The notes under the pieces: model-generated
Told to the model about the DNA's origin: nothing
Database searches by the model: none
Seen by the model: the letters and a program-made list of their open reading frames with translations, nothing else
In this document: piece after piece, positions 45,753 through 55,520 of the stretch
Layout of the letters: every line of letters starts with the position of its first letter
Numbering within the stretch: position 1 is the stretch's first letter
Source of the DNA: an uncultured bacterium
GTDB taxonomy: Bacteria > Acidobacteriota > Polarisedimenticolia > Polarisedimenticolales > Polarisedimenticolaceae
NCBI GenBank assembly: GCA_942490715.1
Contig: CALNYP010000047.1
Span: 4,744 to 68,743, forward strand
Direction of reading: 5' to 3'
Length of the DNA stretch: 64,000 nucleotides
Made by a program: the position numbers and the translations under genes

Positions 45753-46709
45753 ATGAAGCGCCACGTTTGGTTCCTGCTGGTCCCCGAAGTTCACTTGCTG
45801 GATCTGTCCGGTCCGGTGCAGACCTTCTTCGAGGCCCACGAGATGGGCGCCGACTACGAGCTGCACTTCACCTCGGCCCATGACGAGGTCTGCAGCGCCC
45901 AGGGTCTGCGGCTGTCCCAGACCGAGCCGCTGCCGGAGACGGTCGGCGAGAACGACCTGATCCTCGTCGCCGGCATGGAATCCTCGACGATGCACCTGCA
46001 GGACGACCTGCCGCTGCCGTGGCTGCGCAAGATGGCCGCGACCGGCGCGACGATCTGCTCGGTCTGCACCGGAGCGTTCGTGCTGGCCCGGGCCGGTCTG
46101 CTCGACGGCCGGCGCTGCACGACCCACTGGAAGATGATCGAGCGGCTCCGCCGCGAACACCCGGCGGCCACGGTGCTCGACAACCGGCTGTTCGTCAGCG
46201 AGGACAACATCGTCACCAGCGCCGGGATCGTCTCGGGCATCGACACGGCGCTCTGGCTCGTCGAACGGGACTTCGGCCCGATCCTCGCGGCGCGGACCGC
46301 CCGGGAGCTGGTCGTCTGGCTGCGACGGGACGGCAACCACACCACCGACAGCATCTACCTCGACTACCGCACGCACCTGCACCCCGGCGTACACAAGGTG
46401 CAGGACTGGTTGATCTCCCACCCCGACCGCTCGGCACGGCTCGACGAGCTGGCACGGATCGCGGCGATGAGTCCACGGAACCTGACCCGGGTCTTCCGCC
46501 AGGCGACCGGCGTTACGTTGAAGGACTTCTCGACGCGGATCAAGCTCGATCTCGCCGGCACGCTGCTGCACAACCCCGGGCTGACGGTCGAACGGATCGC
46601 CTCGGATTGCGGCTTCCGCGACGCGCGACAGCTACGACGACTCTGGAAACAACATCACGGACAGACACCGTCGGAGTGGAAGCACGACGCCAGGAGGCAA
46701 CTCGCATGA
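45753..46709 (+). CDS. GlxA-family transcriptional regulator (DJ-1/PfpI-like domain + AraC-type HTH)
   Basis: N-terminal DJ-1/PfpI-like fold with CSVCTGAFVLARAGLLDGRRCTTHW. C-terminal AraC HTH (LDELARIAAMSPRNLTRVFRQATG...IASDCGFRDARQLRRLWK). Confidence 0.85.
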   Translation: MKRHVWFLLVPEVHLLDLSGPVQTFFEAHEMGADYELHFTSAHDEVCSAQGLRLSQTEPLPETVGENDLILVAGMESSTMHLQDDLPLPWLRKMAATGATICSVCTGAFVLARAGLLDGRRCTTHWKMIERLRREHPAATVLDNRLFVSEDNIVTSAGIVSGIDTALWLVERDFGPILAARTARELVVWLRRDGNHTTDSIYLDYRTHLHPGVHKVQDWLISHPDRSARLDELARIAAMSPRNLTRVFRQATGVTLKDFSTRIKLDLAGTLLHNPGLTVERIASDCGFRDARQLRRLWKQHHGQTPSEWKHDARRQLA

Positions 46710-49141
46710 TCGAACGACTCGGACAGGATCTCCGTTATACCGTGCGTGGACTGCGCCGCAACCCCGCGTTCGCCATCGGCGCCGTGCTGACCCTGGCGCT
46801 GGGAATGGGCGCCAACACCGCGATCTTCAGCCTGGTCAACGGCGTCGTCCTGCGGCCGCTGCCGTACGTCGACGGCGAGGAACTCGTGCTGTTGCGACAG
46901 TCGGCGCCGATCGCCGAGATCGACAACATTCCGTTCTCGATCATGGAGGTCTACGACTACCGCGAGCAGAACAGCTCGCTCAAGGACCTGGTCGAGTACC
47001 ACAGCATGACCTTCACCCTGCTCGGCCGCGGCGATCCGGAGCGGGTCAACACCGGTGTCGTCTCGGCGACGTTCTTCGATGTGCTGGGGGTCCAACCGCT
47101 GCTGGGTCGGACCTTCCGGGAAGAGGACGACGCGATCGGGGCCGAGGCGGTCCTCGTCCTCGGTCACGGCTACTGGCAGCGGGCGTTCGGCGGAGACCCG
47201 GGCATCGTCGATCAGGTGTTCGAGATGAACAACCGGCCCCACCGGGTGGTCGGCGTGCTGCCGGAGATCCCGCAGTTCCCCCGGGAGAACGACGTCTACA
47301 TGTCGGTCTCCGCCTGTCCGTTCCGCGCCGGCGCCGAGGCGACGATCCACGAGAACCGCAGCGCGTTCCGCGGGCTGACCGCCTTCGGCCGCCTGCAGAG
47401 CGGGGCCACCCTCGCCGCGGCCCAGACCGAGTTCGACACCCTCGCGCTGCGCTTCATGCAGGACCATCCGGAGACCTACCCCGCGGCACGCGGCTATCGC
47501 ATCCGGCTCTCCCGGCTCCATGACGAGTTGACCACCGGAGCGCGGCCGACCCTCTGGATCCTGCTGGCCACGTCGTCGCTGGTGCTGCTGATCGCCTGCG
47601 CCAACGTCGCCAACCTGACGGTGGCCCGGCTGATCCGGAGAGAGCGGGAGCTGGCCGTGCGGGCGGCCCTGGGCGCCAGTCGCGGCCGGATCGTCGGCCA
47701 GGTGCTCGTCGAGAGTGCGGTGATCTCGCTGGTCGGTGGCGGGCTGGGACTGCTGATCGCCTACGCCGGGCTCGACCTGTTGACCGGCTTCATCGGCCGC
47801 TTCACCCCGCGGGTCCACGACATCGAGATCGACGGCACGGTGCTGGCCTTCTCCGCGGGCATCGCACTGTTCATCGGGCTGCTGGCCGGCGTCGGCCCGG
47901 CGATCACCCAGACCCGGGGCTTCGGCGACGCCCTGCGCGGCACCCGCGGAGCGACCAGCGCCGGCCGCCTGCGCTTGCGCTCGGCGCTGATCGTGGCCCA
48001 GGTCGCCGTCTCCCTGGTCCTGCTCGTCGGCGCGGGGCTGCTGCTACGCAGCTTCCACCGGCTCCAGCAGGTCGACCCCGGCTTCGCGACCGAGAACATC
48101 CTCGCCGCCGAGATCGACCTGAACTGGTCGAAGTACCAGGCACGCCTGGACTGGTACGGCTTCTTCGAGTCGTTGCTCGGCCGTGTCCGCGCCCATCCCG
48201 GCGTGGTCTCCGCGGCGACCTGCAACGGAATACCGCTCTCCGGCCAGTCGCCGTTCATCGGCAACTTCCGCATCGAGAATCGCGAGATCCCCGACGGCGG
48301 CCTGGCCCCGCGGATGAGTCCGAACTTCGTCAGCACCGATTACTTCCGCACGATGAGCATCCCGCTCGTCCGCGGGCGGGTGTTCGAAACCACCGACACC
48401 GCCGACACGCCGCCGGTCGTCGTGATCAGCCAGTCGCTGGCCCGGAAGTACTGGGGTGACGAGAACCCGATCGGCCAGCGTGTCTCCGCATTGAACAACA
48501 CCACATGGTCCACGATCGTCGGCATCGTCGGCGATGTCCGCCGGCAGGGACTGAACACCGAGGCCGGCGAGGACATCTACATGGCGGTGGCCCAGAACGG
48601 CACCGCGTCTCGCCTGACCGTGCGCACCGCATCGGACCCGCTGCTGCTCGCGCGCGACATCAAGGAGCTGGTCTGGGCGATCGACCCCGGCCAGCCGATC
48701 TCCAACGTGCAGACGATGGCGGAGCGGCGTGGCGCGGTGATCTCGTCGGAGCGGCTGACGGCGATGCTGCTCGGCCTGTTCGCGTTGCTGGCGCTGTTCA
48801 TCACGGCCGCCGGCGTCAGCAGCGTGATCGCCTTCTCGGTCAGCCAGCGGACCCGCGAGTTCGGCGTGCGGATGGCGCTGGGCGCCAGGGCCTCGACGGT
48901 GCTGTGGATGGTCCTGCGCCAGGGGCTGAGCCTCGTCGCCATCGGCCTGGTACTCGGGCTCGCCGGGTCGCTGGCGCTGGGGAGACTCGTCGCCAGCCTG
49001 CTGTTCGAGACCCACCCGAACGATCCGCTGACGCTGGTCGGGGTCTCGGGCGTCCTGCTGGCATCGGCGGCGCTCGCCTGTCTGCTCCCGGCGCGCCGGG
49101 CCACGGCGGTCGACCCGACGGTCGCGCTGCGGGCGGAGTAG
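46706..49141 (+). CDS. ADOP-family duplicated FtsX/MacB-like ABC transporter permease (second copy in window)
   Basis: ATG 46706 overlaps the GlxA stop (ATGA). MIERLGQDLRYTVRGLRRNPAFAIGAVLTLALGMGANTAIFS is the family-typical N-terminus. Two MacB_PCD/FtsX halves follow. Confidence 0.85.
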   Translation: MIERLGQDLRYTVRGLRRNPAFAIGAVLTLALGMGANTAIFSLVNGVVLRPLPYVDGEELVLLRQSAPIAEIDNIPFSIMEVYDYREQNSSLKDLVEYHSMTFTLLGRGDPERVNTGVVSATFFDVLGVQPLLGRTFREEDDAIGAEAVLVLGHGYWQRAFGGDPGIVDQVFEMNNRPHRVVGVLPEIPQFPRENDVYMSVSACPFRAGAEATIHENRSAFRGLTAFGRLQSGATLAAAQTEFDTLALRFMQDHPETYPAARGYRIRLSRLHDELTTGARPTLWILLATSSLVLLIACANVANLTVARLIRRERELAVRAALGASRGRIVGQVLVESAVISLVGGGLGLLIAYAGLDLLTGFIGRFTPRVHDIEIDGTVLAFSAGIALFIGLLAGVGPAITQTRGFGDALRGTRGATSAGRLRLRSALIVAQVAVSLVLLVGAGLLLRSFHRLQQVDPGFATENILAAEIDLNWSKYQARLDWYGFFESLLGRVRAHPGVVSAATCNGIPLSGQSPFIGNFRIENREIPDGGLAPRMSPNFVSTDYFRTMSIPLVRGRVFETTDTADTPPVVVISQSLARKYWGDENPIGQRVSALNNTTWSTIVGIVGDVRRQGLNTEAGEDIYMAVAQNGTASRLTVRTASDPLLLARDIKELVWAIDPGQPISNVQTMAERRGAVISSERLTAMLLGLFALLALFITAAGVSSVIAFSVSQRTREFGVRMALGARASTVLWMVLRQGLSLVAIGLVLGLAGSLALGRLVASLLFETHPNDPLTLVGVSGVLLASAALACLLPARRATAVDPTVALRAE

Positions 49142-49174
49142 CCGTCGTATCATCCCTCCGACAGGAGGAACGGT

Positions 49175-49657
49175 ATGAGCGAACCACCGTCGAAGCGACT
49201 GGTACGTGCAACGGAGCGTCCGGCGGACGAGACCTTCGGGCACCCGTTGAACGAGAACGCGAAGATGAGCGGCTGCTCCTTGAGCGAGGCGGCCGGGATG
49301 GAGCGGATGGGCGTGCATCTGGTCCGGATTCACCCCGGCAAGGAGTCCGCCGAGTTCCACAGGCACCACGTCGAGGAGGAGTGGTTCTTCATTCTCTCCG
49401 GGCGCGGGATCGCCGGCATCGGCGACGAGGAGTTCGAGGTCGGGCCGGGAGACTTCATGGGCTTTCCCAGTGCGACCGAGGGCCACAACCTGCGCAACCC
49501 CCACGACGAGGAGCTGGTCTACCTCGTGGGTGGAGAACGGAAACCGGTCGAGATCGCCGAATTCCCCCGGCTGGGCAAGGTGATCCTGCGGATGGGCGGC
49601 GAGGCCAAGGTCGTCGACGCCGATCGACTGGAGCCGTTCTGGAAGGCCGACAGCTAG
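49175..49657 (+). CDS. Cupin domain protein
   Basis: 160 aa preceded by AGGAGGA. Cupin motifs G.ESAEFHRHHVEEEWFFILSGRG and GPGDFMGFP....HNLRN. Confidence 0.8.
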   Translation: MSEPPSKRLVRATERPADETFGHPLNENAKMSGCSLSEAAGMERMGVHLVRIHPGKESAEFHRHHVEEEWFFILSGRGIAGIGDEEFEVGPGDFMGFPSATEGHNLRNPHDEELVYLVGGERKPVEIAEFPRLGKVILRMGGEAKVVDADRLEPFWKADS

Positions 49658-49700
49658 GGCACTGCTGGTAGACTGAGCGACCTTTTTCCGGAGGTCACGA

Positions 49701-52467
49701 ATGCGGGTCGCTGCAGCCTTGCTCTGTCCACTGATCGCCTGCCTGGCGGTCACGCCGTCGGCCGCGGTCGAACTCGCCGACTATCTTCCCGAAGACGTCG
49801 CCTACGACGCCGACGTGCCGAAGCCCGCGGACATCCTCGGCTTCGAGGTCGGCGAGTGGCACGTGCGCCACGACCTGCTCGTGGCCTACATGGAAGCGCT
49901 GGCCGAGGCTTCCCCCCGGGTACACCTCGAGGTGAGCGGTCGGACCCACGAGGGACGCAAGACGCTGCTGCTGGCGGTGTCGACACCGGAGAACATCCGC
50001 AACCTGGAGCGACTGCGCCAGGCCCATCTCGACGAGAGCGACACGGGCGAGACCGGCGACGGTCCGCTGGTGATCTGGCAGGGCTTCAGCGTCCACGGCA
50101 ACGAGCCCAGCGGCAGCAACGCGTCGCTGCTGCTGGCCTACCACCTGGCCGCCGGTGGCGGCGACGTCGAGCGCTTCCTGCAGGAGACGATCGTGCTGAT
50201 CGATCCCTCGGTGAACCCCGACGGCCTCGGCCGCTTCGCCCAGTGGGCCAACGGCCACCGCAGCAAGTCGCCGGTGCCCGACCCGAACAACCGGGAGCAT
50301 CGCGAGGTCTGGCCCAACGGCCGCACGAACCATTACTGGTTCGATCTGAACCGCGACTGGCTGCTGCTGACCCACCCCGAGTCCCGGGCGCGCATCGCGA
50401 ACTTCCATCGCTGGCGCCCCCACGTGCTGACCGACTTCCACGAGATGGGCAGCAACGCGACCTACTACTTCCAGCCCGGCGTACCGGAACGGCGCAACCC
50501 CTGGACGCCGATCCGTAACGAGGAGTTGACACGGCAGATCGCCGGCTATCACGCCCGGGCGATGGACCGCGCCGGCCGGATCTACTACACCGAGGAGACC
50601 TTCGACGACTTCTACTACGGCAAGGGCTCGACCTACCCCGACGTCAACGGCTCGATCGGCATCCTGTTCGAGCAGGCCAGCTCGCGCGGGCCATCGGATG
50701 TCGACGGTCCACGGCGACCTGACCTTTCCGACGACGATCGCCAATCAGCTGCGCACCGCGATGTCGACGATGCAGGCCGCCGACGAGATGCGCGACGATC
50801 TGCGTGAGTACCAGGCGAAGTTCTGGGTCGAATCCAGGGACGCCGGCGCCAGGGACCCGGGTGGCGCCTACGTCATCGGCAACGCCGACGATCCGGCCCG
50901 GGCCTACTACCTGCTGGACATCCTGCTGCGTCACGAGGTCGAGGTCTACGAGTTGGCCGAGAAGGTCGAGGTCGATGACGAGTCGTTCGAACCCGGCGCG
51001 GCATATGTGATCCCGCTGAACCAGCGGCAGTACCGGCTGGTCCGGGCAGTGATGGAGTACCGGACCTCGTTCGAGGACGAGACGTTCTACGACGTCTCGA
51101 CCTGGACGCTGCCGTCCTCGTTTCACCTGCCCCACGCCGAGCTGGGCAAGCGCTTCAAGGGCAAGCTGCTCGGCGAACGGATCTCGGCGGCGACCTTCCC
51201 CGCGGGGTCGTTCCGGGCCGACCCCGAAGCGGTCGCCTACGCCTTCGAGTGGCGGGGCTACCACGCACCTCGCGCGTTGCAGCGCCTGCTCGCCGGTCGC
51301 TTCCGTCCCTATGCCGCGACCAAGCCGACGACGGTGCCGACCCCCGAGGGCACGGTCGACCTGGCCCGCGGGTCGATCCTGATCCCCCTCGGGTTGCAGA
51401 TTCATCGCATGCCGGCGAGCCCCGGCACGACCGCCGCGCAGCAACCGCCGATCGATCGCCGGGCCGAGGTCGAGGAGGTCCTGCAACGGATCGCCGAACT
51501 GGACGGGCTGACGATCCACAGCGTGACCAGCGGCATGACGCCGAAAGGCGCCGACCTGGGATCGCCGACGATGCGACCGCTTCAGCCGGTCCGGCCGTTG
51601 CTGGTCGTCGGCAGCGGCGTGTCGGGTTACGAGGCCGGCGAGGTCTGGCACCTGCTGGACACCCGGGTCGACCTGCCGTTGACGATGGTCGACGCCGACC
51701 GGCTGCTGTCGGTGGACCTCGCCGAATACACCCACATCCTGCTCGTCGACGGTAGCTACAAGAGCTGGTCCAGGAGCTGGACGCCGCGCCTCGAGTCGTG
51801 GATCAAGTCCGGTGGCGTGCTCGTCGCCACCAAGCGCGGCGCCGAGTGGGCGACCGAACAGCAACTCCACACCGCGAAGAAGACGGAACCCGCTGCAGAG
51901 GGCAAGGACGACGCGGACAAGGGCAAGGACGACGCGGACAAGGGCAAGGACGACGCGGCCAAGGGCAAGAAGAGCAAGAAGGGTAAGACCGGCGAGTCGC
52001 CGGAGGATGGCGAGGCTCAGGACGAAGGGGAAGAACCCGAGGGGGAGGAATCCGAGGAGGAGACCTATCGCCCCTACGGCGACTTCCTCGACGACCGGGC
52101 CAGGCGCGTGGTCGGCGGCTCGATCTTCCGGACGACGATCGATACGACGCATCCGCTGGGCTACGGATATCGCGACGCGTCGCTGCCGGTCTTTCGCAAC
52201 AGTACGCTGTTGCTGAAGCGCAGCGAGAACCCCTACTCCACCGTCGGCCGCTACGAGAACGAGCCGCTGCTGTCCGGTTACGCCTCGGCGGAACGCCAGG
52301 AGGAGATCGCCGGCACCGCCTCGATCGTCGCCACCCGCCACGGCCGGGGTGCCGTGATCCGCATCGTCGACAACCCGAACTTCCGCGGTGTCTGGTACGG
52401 CACGAACAAGCTCTACCTGAACGCGATCTTCTTCGGCCAGCTGATCGACAACACGAACCTGGACTGA
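49701..52467 (+). pseudogene. M14-family zinc carboxypeptidase-like protein with a large C-terminal extension; single frameshift at G-run 50688-50690
   Basis: The N-terminal ORF carries M14 motifs (QGFSVHGNEPSGS, HEMG...YYFQPG, GILFEQASSRG). Homology continues in the next frame (H..TVHGDLTFPTTIANQLRTAMSTMQAA...) through 52467. One extra G would explain the shift, so this may be an assembly error. Confidence 0.75.
51901..51963 (+). repeat. 3 x 21-nt in-frame tandem repeat (GKDDADK) within a charged low-complexity insert
   Basis: 'ggcaaggacgacgcggacaag' occurs twice perfectly, and a third unit has 2 changes. It lies inside KKTEPAAEGKDDADKGKDDADKGKDDAAKGKKSKKGK...EGEEPEGEESEEE. Confidence 0.9.
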
Positions 52468-52470
52468 GCC

Positions 52471-53007
52471 GTGGCGGTCGACGCGATCTTCCGGACGTTC
52501 GACGGTCGCAGCGTCGATCCGTTCAAGGATGTCGCGGCGACGCTGCCCCGGACCGGTGAGAGCATCCGTCTGCTCCTCGAGCTGGCCCGCGAGCCCGACG
52601 AGCGGTTGCGTCACGGCGCAACCTGGGTGCTGAAGGCCTGGATTCTCGACGGAGTCACCCTCGATGCCCGGTCCACCAGCGCCTTGATCCGCTGCATCGG
52701 CGACCCGGCGATGCCGCCGATGTCGGTGGTCAACCTGCAGCAGGCGCTGCCGGCGATGCGCTTCACCGCAGCCCAGGCGCGGAAGCTCCATGACATCCTG
52801 CTCGAGCAGACCTCGCACGAGGTCTCGTTCCTCCGGGGCTGGGCCTACAACGGCCTCGACGTGGTGGCCTGTGTACGGCCGGATTACCGGGCCGAGGTGG
52901 ACCGCCTGCTGGCCCAGGCGGCGAAGGATCCGGCGGCGTCGGTCCGGGCGCGAGTTCGCAACCGGGTCAAGGAAAGGGCGAAAGAACAGCGTCGCCAGCT
53001 AGAATAG
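52471..53007 (+). CDS. Hypothetical helical-repeat protein
   Basis: 178-aa ORF with a GTG start 3 nt after the M14 stop. Coding-like composition and helical-repeat-like sequence. I do not recognise a family. Confidence 0.5.
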   Translation: MAVDAIFRTFDGRSVDPFKDVAATLPRTGESIRLLLELAREPDERLRHGATWVLKAWILDGVTLDARSTSALIRCIGDPAMPPMSVVNLQQALPAMRFTAAQARKLHDILLEQTSHEVSFLRGWAYNGLDVVACVRPDYRAEVDRLLAQAAKDPAASVRARVRNRVKERAKEQRRQLE

Positions 53008-53024
53008 GACCGGGGGACGGTCCG

Positions 53025-53858
53025 ATGCATTACGAGGAACGACAGCCTCCGGCCCGACTGGCCGGTCTGGTGCAATGCCTGTGGTCCCTCGAGGCCCCGG
53101 CGGCGGCGACACCGCTGCCCGCCGACCGCATCCTCCCCGACGGCACTCTCGAAATCGTGTTGCATCACGGGGACCGCTTCATGCGCCATCGGGATGGCTC
53201 GTGCGATCGCCAGCCTCGGAGTTTCGTGGTCGGTGGCACGACCCGGGCAATCGACGTCTCGCCCAGCGGTCGCGTCGGCGTGATCGGCGCGCGCCTGCTG
53301 CCGGAGGGTGCCTATCGCTTCCTCTCCTGTCCGCTGCATGAGCTGCGCGATCGGACCGTACCGGTCGAGGATCTCTGGGGCAGCGACGGACGGCGGATCG
53401 CCGAACAGATCGGCGAGGCGTGCAGCGTCGAGGAAAGATTCCGGCATCTCGATCGGTTCCTGGAAGAGCGACTGCTCCGGGGTCGCCCGCGGCGCCCCTC
53501 GATCGAGCTGGCGATCCGGCAACTGACCCACTCCCACGGTCGACGGTCGGTCGGCGAGGTCGCGGCGACCGTCGGACTGGGCATGCGCCAGATCGAGCGG
53601 GGGTTTCGCGAGACGATCGGCCTGACGCCGAAGGAGGTCGCCCGGGTCGCTCGCTTCCAGTGGGCGCTGGCGCGATTGCAGGACGGCAGCTCGCCGGGCC
53701 TCTCCGGGCTGGCCCACGAGGCGGGCTACAGCGATCAGGCGCACTTCACCCGGGAGTTCCGCACGATCAGCGGCAGTCCCCCGTCGCGCTTCCTCCGGGA
53801 GGCACACCAGCTCTCGGATCTGTTCACCGATGCGCCGGGGCCGGCAATCGCCCGCTAG
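53025..53858 (+). CDS. AraC family transcriptional regulator
   Basis: C-terminal AraC HTH (VGEVAATVGLGMRQIERGFRE..G..PKE..R..RF..A; LAHEAGYSDQAHFTREFR...G.PPS.F). N-terminal ligand-domain-like region. Confidence 0.85.
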   Translation: MHYEERQPPARLAGLVQCLWSLEAPAAATPLPADRILPDGTLEIVLHHGDRFMRHRDGSCDRQPRSFVVGGTTRAIDVSPSGRVGVIGARLLPEGAYRFLSCPLHELRDRTVPVEDLWGSDGRRIAEQIGEACSVEERFRHLDRFLEERLLRGRPRRPSIELAIRQLTHSHGRRSVGEVAATVGLGMRQIERGFRETIGLTPKEVARVARFQWALARLQDGSSPGLSGLAHEAGYSDQAHFTREFRTISGSPPSRFLREAHQLSDLFTDAPGPAIAR

Positions 53859-53980
53859 CGTCGCGCATCCGAAGTCGAGTTGATGACAGGATGTCGTGTT
53901 TTTTCAAGACGCCACGCCCGGATCGCAGAACACTGCTCCCATCGCGGCAGGTCGCCGTGGGCCATTGCAGGGAGAACGAG

Positions 53981-54487
53981 ATGACCCGTTTCGCCGTCCT
54001 CTTGATCGTCTTGATCGTCGCCACACTTCCGACCCCGGCCCTGGCCGCTCCGCCGAACGCAATGGAGAAGCTCGAGAGTCTGGGCTGGCTCACCGGCGTG
54101 TGGATCGGAGACACCGGCCGCGGTAGCTGGGAGGCGCGCTACTCCACCGCCTCCGGCGGCCTGCTGCTGAGCACGAACAAGGAGTTCGCCGGCGGCCGCG
54201 TCGTCGGCTTCGAGTTCGAGCAGTTCCGCGTCGAGGGCGACGACGTGATCCTGTCGCCCTACCCCAGCGGCCAGCAGAGCCCGGTTGTTTTCACGTTGAC
54301 CGAATGGGATCCCGACGCCCGTAAGGCGGTCTTCGAGAACCCCGAACACGACTTCCCGCAGATCATCACGTATCATCGAACGACGGACCGGACGCTGAAC
54401 ATCCTCGTCCAGGCGCGGCGAGACGGTGAGCTGTCCGGTTTCGAGTTGAAGCTGAATCTTGCCGAAGGGAGCTCCACCGACCGCTAG
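53981..54487 (+). CDS. Secreted DUF6265-like protein
   Basis: ATG 53981 and signal peptide MTRFAVLLIVLIVATLPTPALA. Blocks LGWLTGVWIG...WEA.Y and FENPEHDFPQIITY typical of that family (recalled from memory, not searched). Confidence 0.7.
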   Translation: MTRFAVLLIVLIVATLPTPALAAPPNAMEKLESLGWLTGVWIGDTGRGSWEARYSTASGGLLLSTNKEFAGGRVVGFEFEQFRVEGDDVILSPYPSGQQSPVVFTLTEWDPDARKAVFENPEHDFPQIITYHRTTDRTLNILVQARRDGELSGFELKLNLAEGSSTDR

Positions 54488-55520
54488 GATCCTGGCCGCA
54501 GCCGCGATGGTTTCGGTGGCGATCGGTGTGACCGTAGCTCCGGTCGCCTGCGCCACCGAGCCGCCGCGGACCCACGAGCTCAAGGCTACCGCCGCGTCGA
54601 CCCACTGGGGCTACTACGACGCGACGACCAGGGCGGCGCTGCGCATCCGCTCCGGCGACACCGTGCGGGTGCAGACCTTGAGCAACTTCCCGCCGGAGCG
54701 ACTGCCCGGTATGGGTGTCGACGAGGCGCTGATCCCGCCGGCACTGGTCGCGCTGGCGGCGTCCTCTCCCGAACGGATGGGGCCGCACATCCTCACCGGA
54801 CCGATCCACGTCGAGGGCGCGGCTCCCGGTGACGCGCTCCAGGTCGACATCCTGGAGGTCACCCTGTCGGCACCCTACGCGATCAACGGCTTCTTCCCGG
54901 GCAAGGGTTTCCTGCCCGAACGCTTCCCGGGGCCGAAGACCCGGCTGGTTCCGCTGGATCTCGATCGCGGTGTCGCCGAGTTCGGCGATGGCATCGAAAT
55001 TCCGCTGCGCCCGTTCTTCGGTAGCATCGGCGTCGCGCCACCGCTGGATTCCGGACGGATCCATAGCGGACCACCGTCGATCCACGCCGGCAACCTGGAC
55101 AACAAGGAGCTCGTCGCCGGGACGACGCTGTACATCCCGGTCCACGTCGCCGGCGCGCTGCTGTCGATCGGCGACGGCCACGCCGCCCAGGGCGACGGCG
55201 AGGTCAACCTGACCGCCCTCGAGACGCCGATGGACGGCGCGATCCGGGTCACGCTGCACAAGGGCATGCGGCTCACCTGGCCCCGGGCCGAATCGCCGAC
55301 CCATTTCATCTCGATCGGCCTGGACGAGGAGCTGACGGTCGCCGCCCGGATCGCCCTGGAGCAGATGATCGACTTCCTGATCGACGACAAGGGGATGGAA
55401 CCCGACGCCGCCTACGCGCTGTGCAGTGTCGCCCTCGACCTGCGGATCACCCAGGTCGTCGACGGAACCAAGGGCGTTCACGGGATGCTGCCGAAGTCGA
55501 TCTTCGCAAAGGGCCGATGA
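54459..55520 (+). CDS. Acetamidase/formamidase family protein (secreted?)
   Basis: FmdA/AmdA-like blocks (TVRVQT......GPHILTGPIHVEGAAPGDALQVDILEV, GNLDNKEL..GTTLYIPV...GALLSIGDGHAAQGDGEV). The start is uncertain (54459 or ATG 54507). Confidence 0.8.
   Translation: MPKGAPPTARILAAAAMVSVAIGVTVAPVACATEPPRTHELKATAASTHWGYYDATTRAALRIRSGDTVRVQTLSNFPPERLPGMGVDEALIPPALVALAASSPERMGPHILTGPIHVEGAAPGDALQVDILEVTLSAPYAINGFFPGKGFLPERFPGPKTRLVPLDLDRGVAEFGDGIEIPLRPFFGSIGVAPPLDSGRIHSGPPSIHAGNLDNKELVAGTTLYIPVHVAGALLSIGDGHAAQGDGEVNLTALETPMDGAIRVTLHKGMRLTWPRAESPTHFISIGLDEELTVAARIALEQMIDFLIDDKGMEPDAAYALCSVALDLRITQVVDGTKGVHGMLPKSIFAKGR

Noticed and set aside
46019-46705. 229-codon upstream extension of the second ADOP permease ORF
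   Set aside because: It overlaps the GlxA regulator gene in another frame and is Arg/Pro/Gly-rich. The conserved N-terminus MIERLGQDLRYTVRGLRRNP begins at 46706.
53885-53915. T6-containing imperfect hairpin after the AraC gene as a rho-independent terminator
   Set aside because: The T-run lies in the loop rather than after the stem, and the stem has mismatches. This is not a convincing intrinsic terminator.
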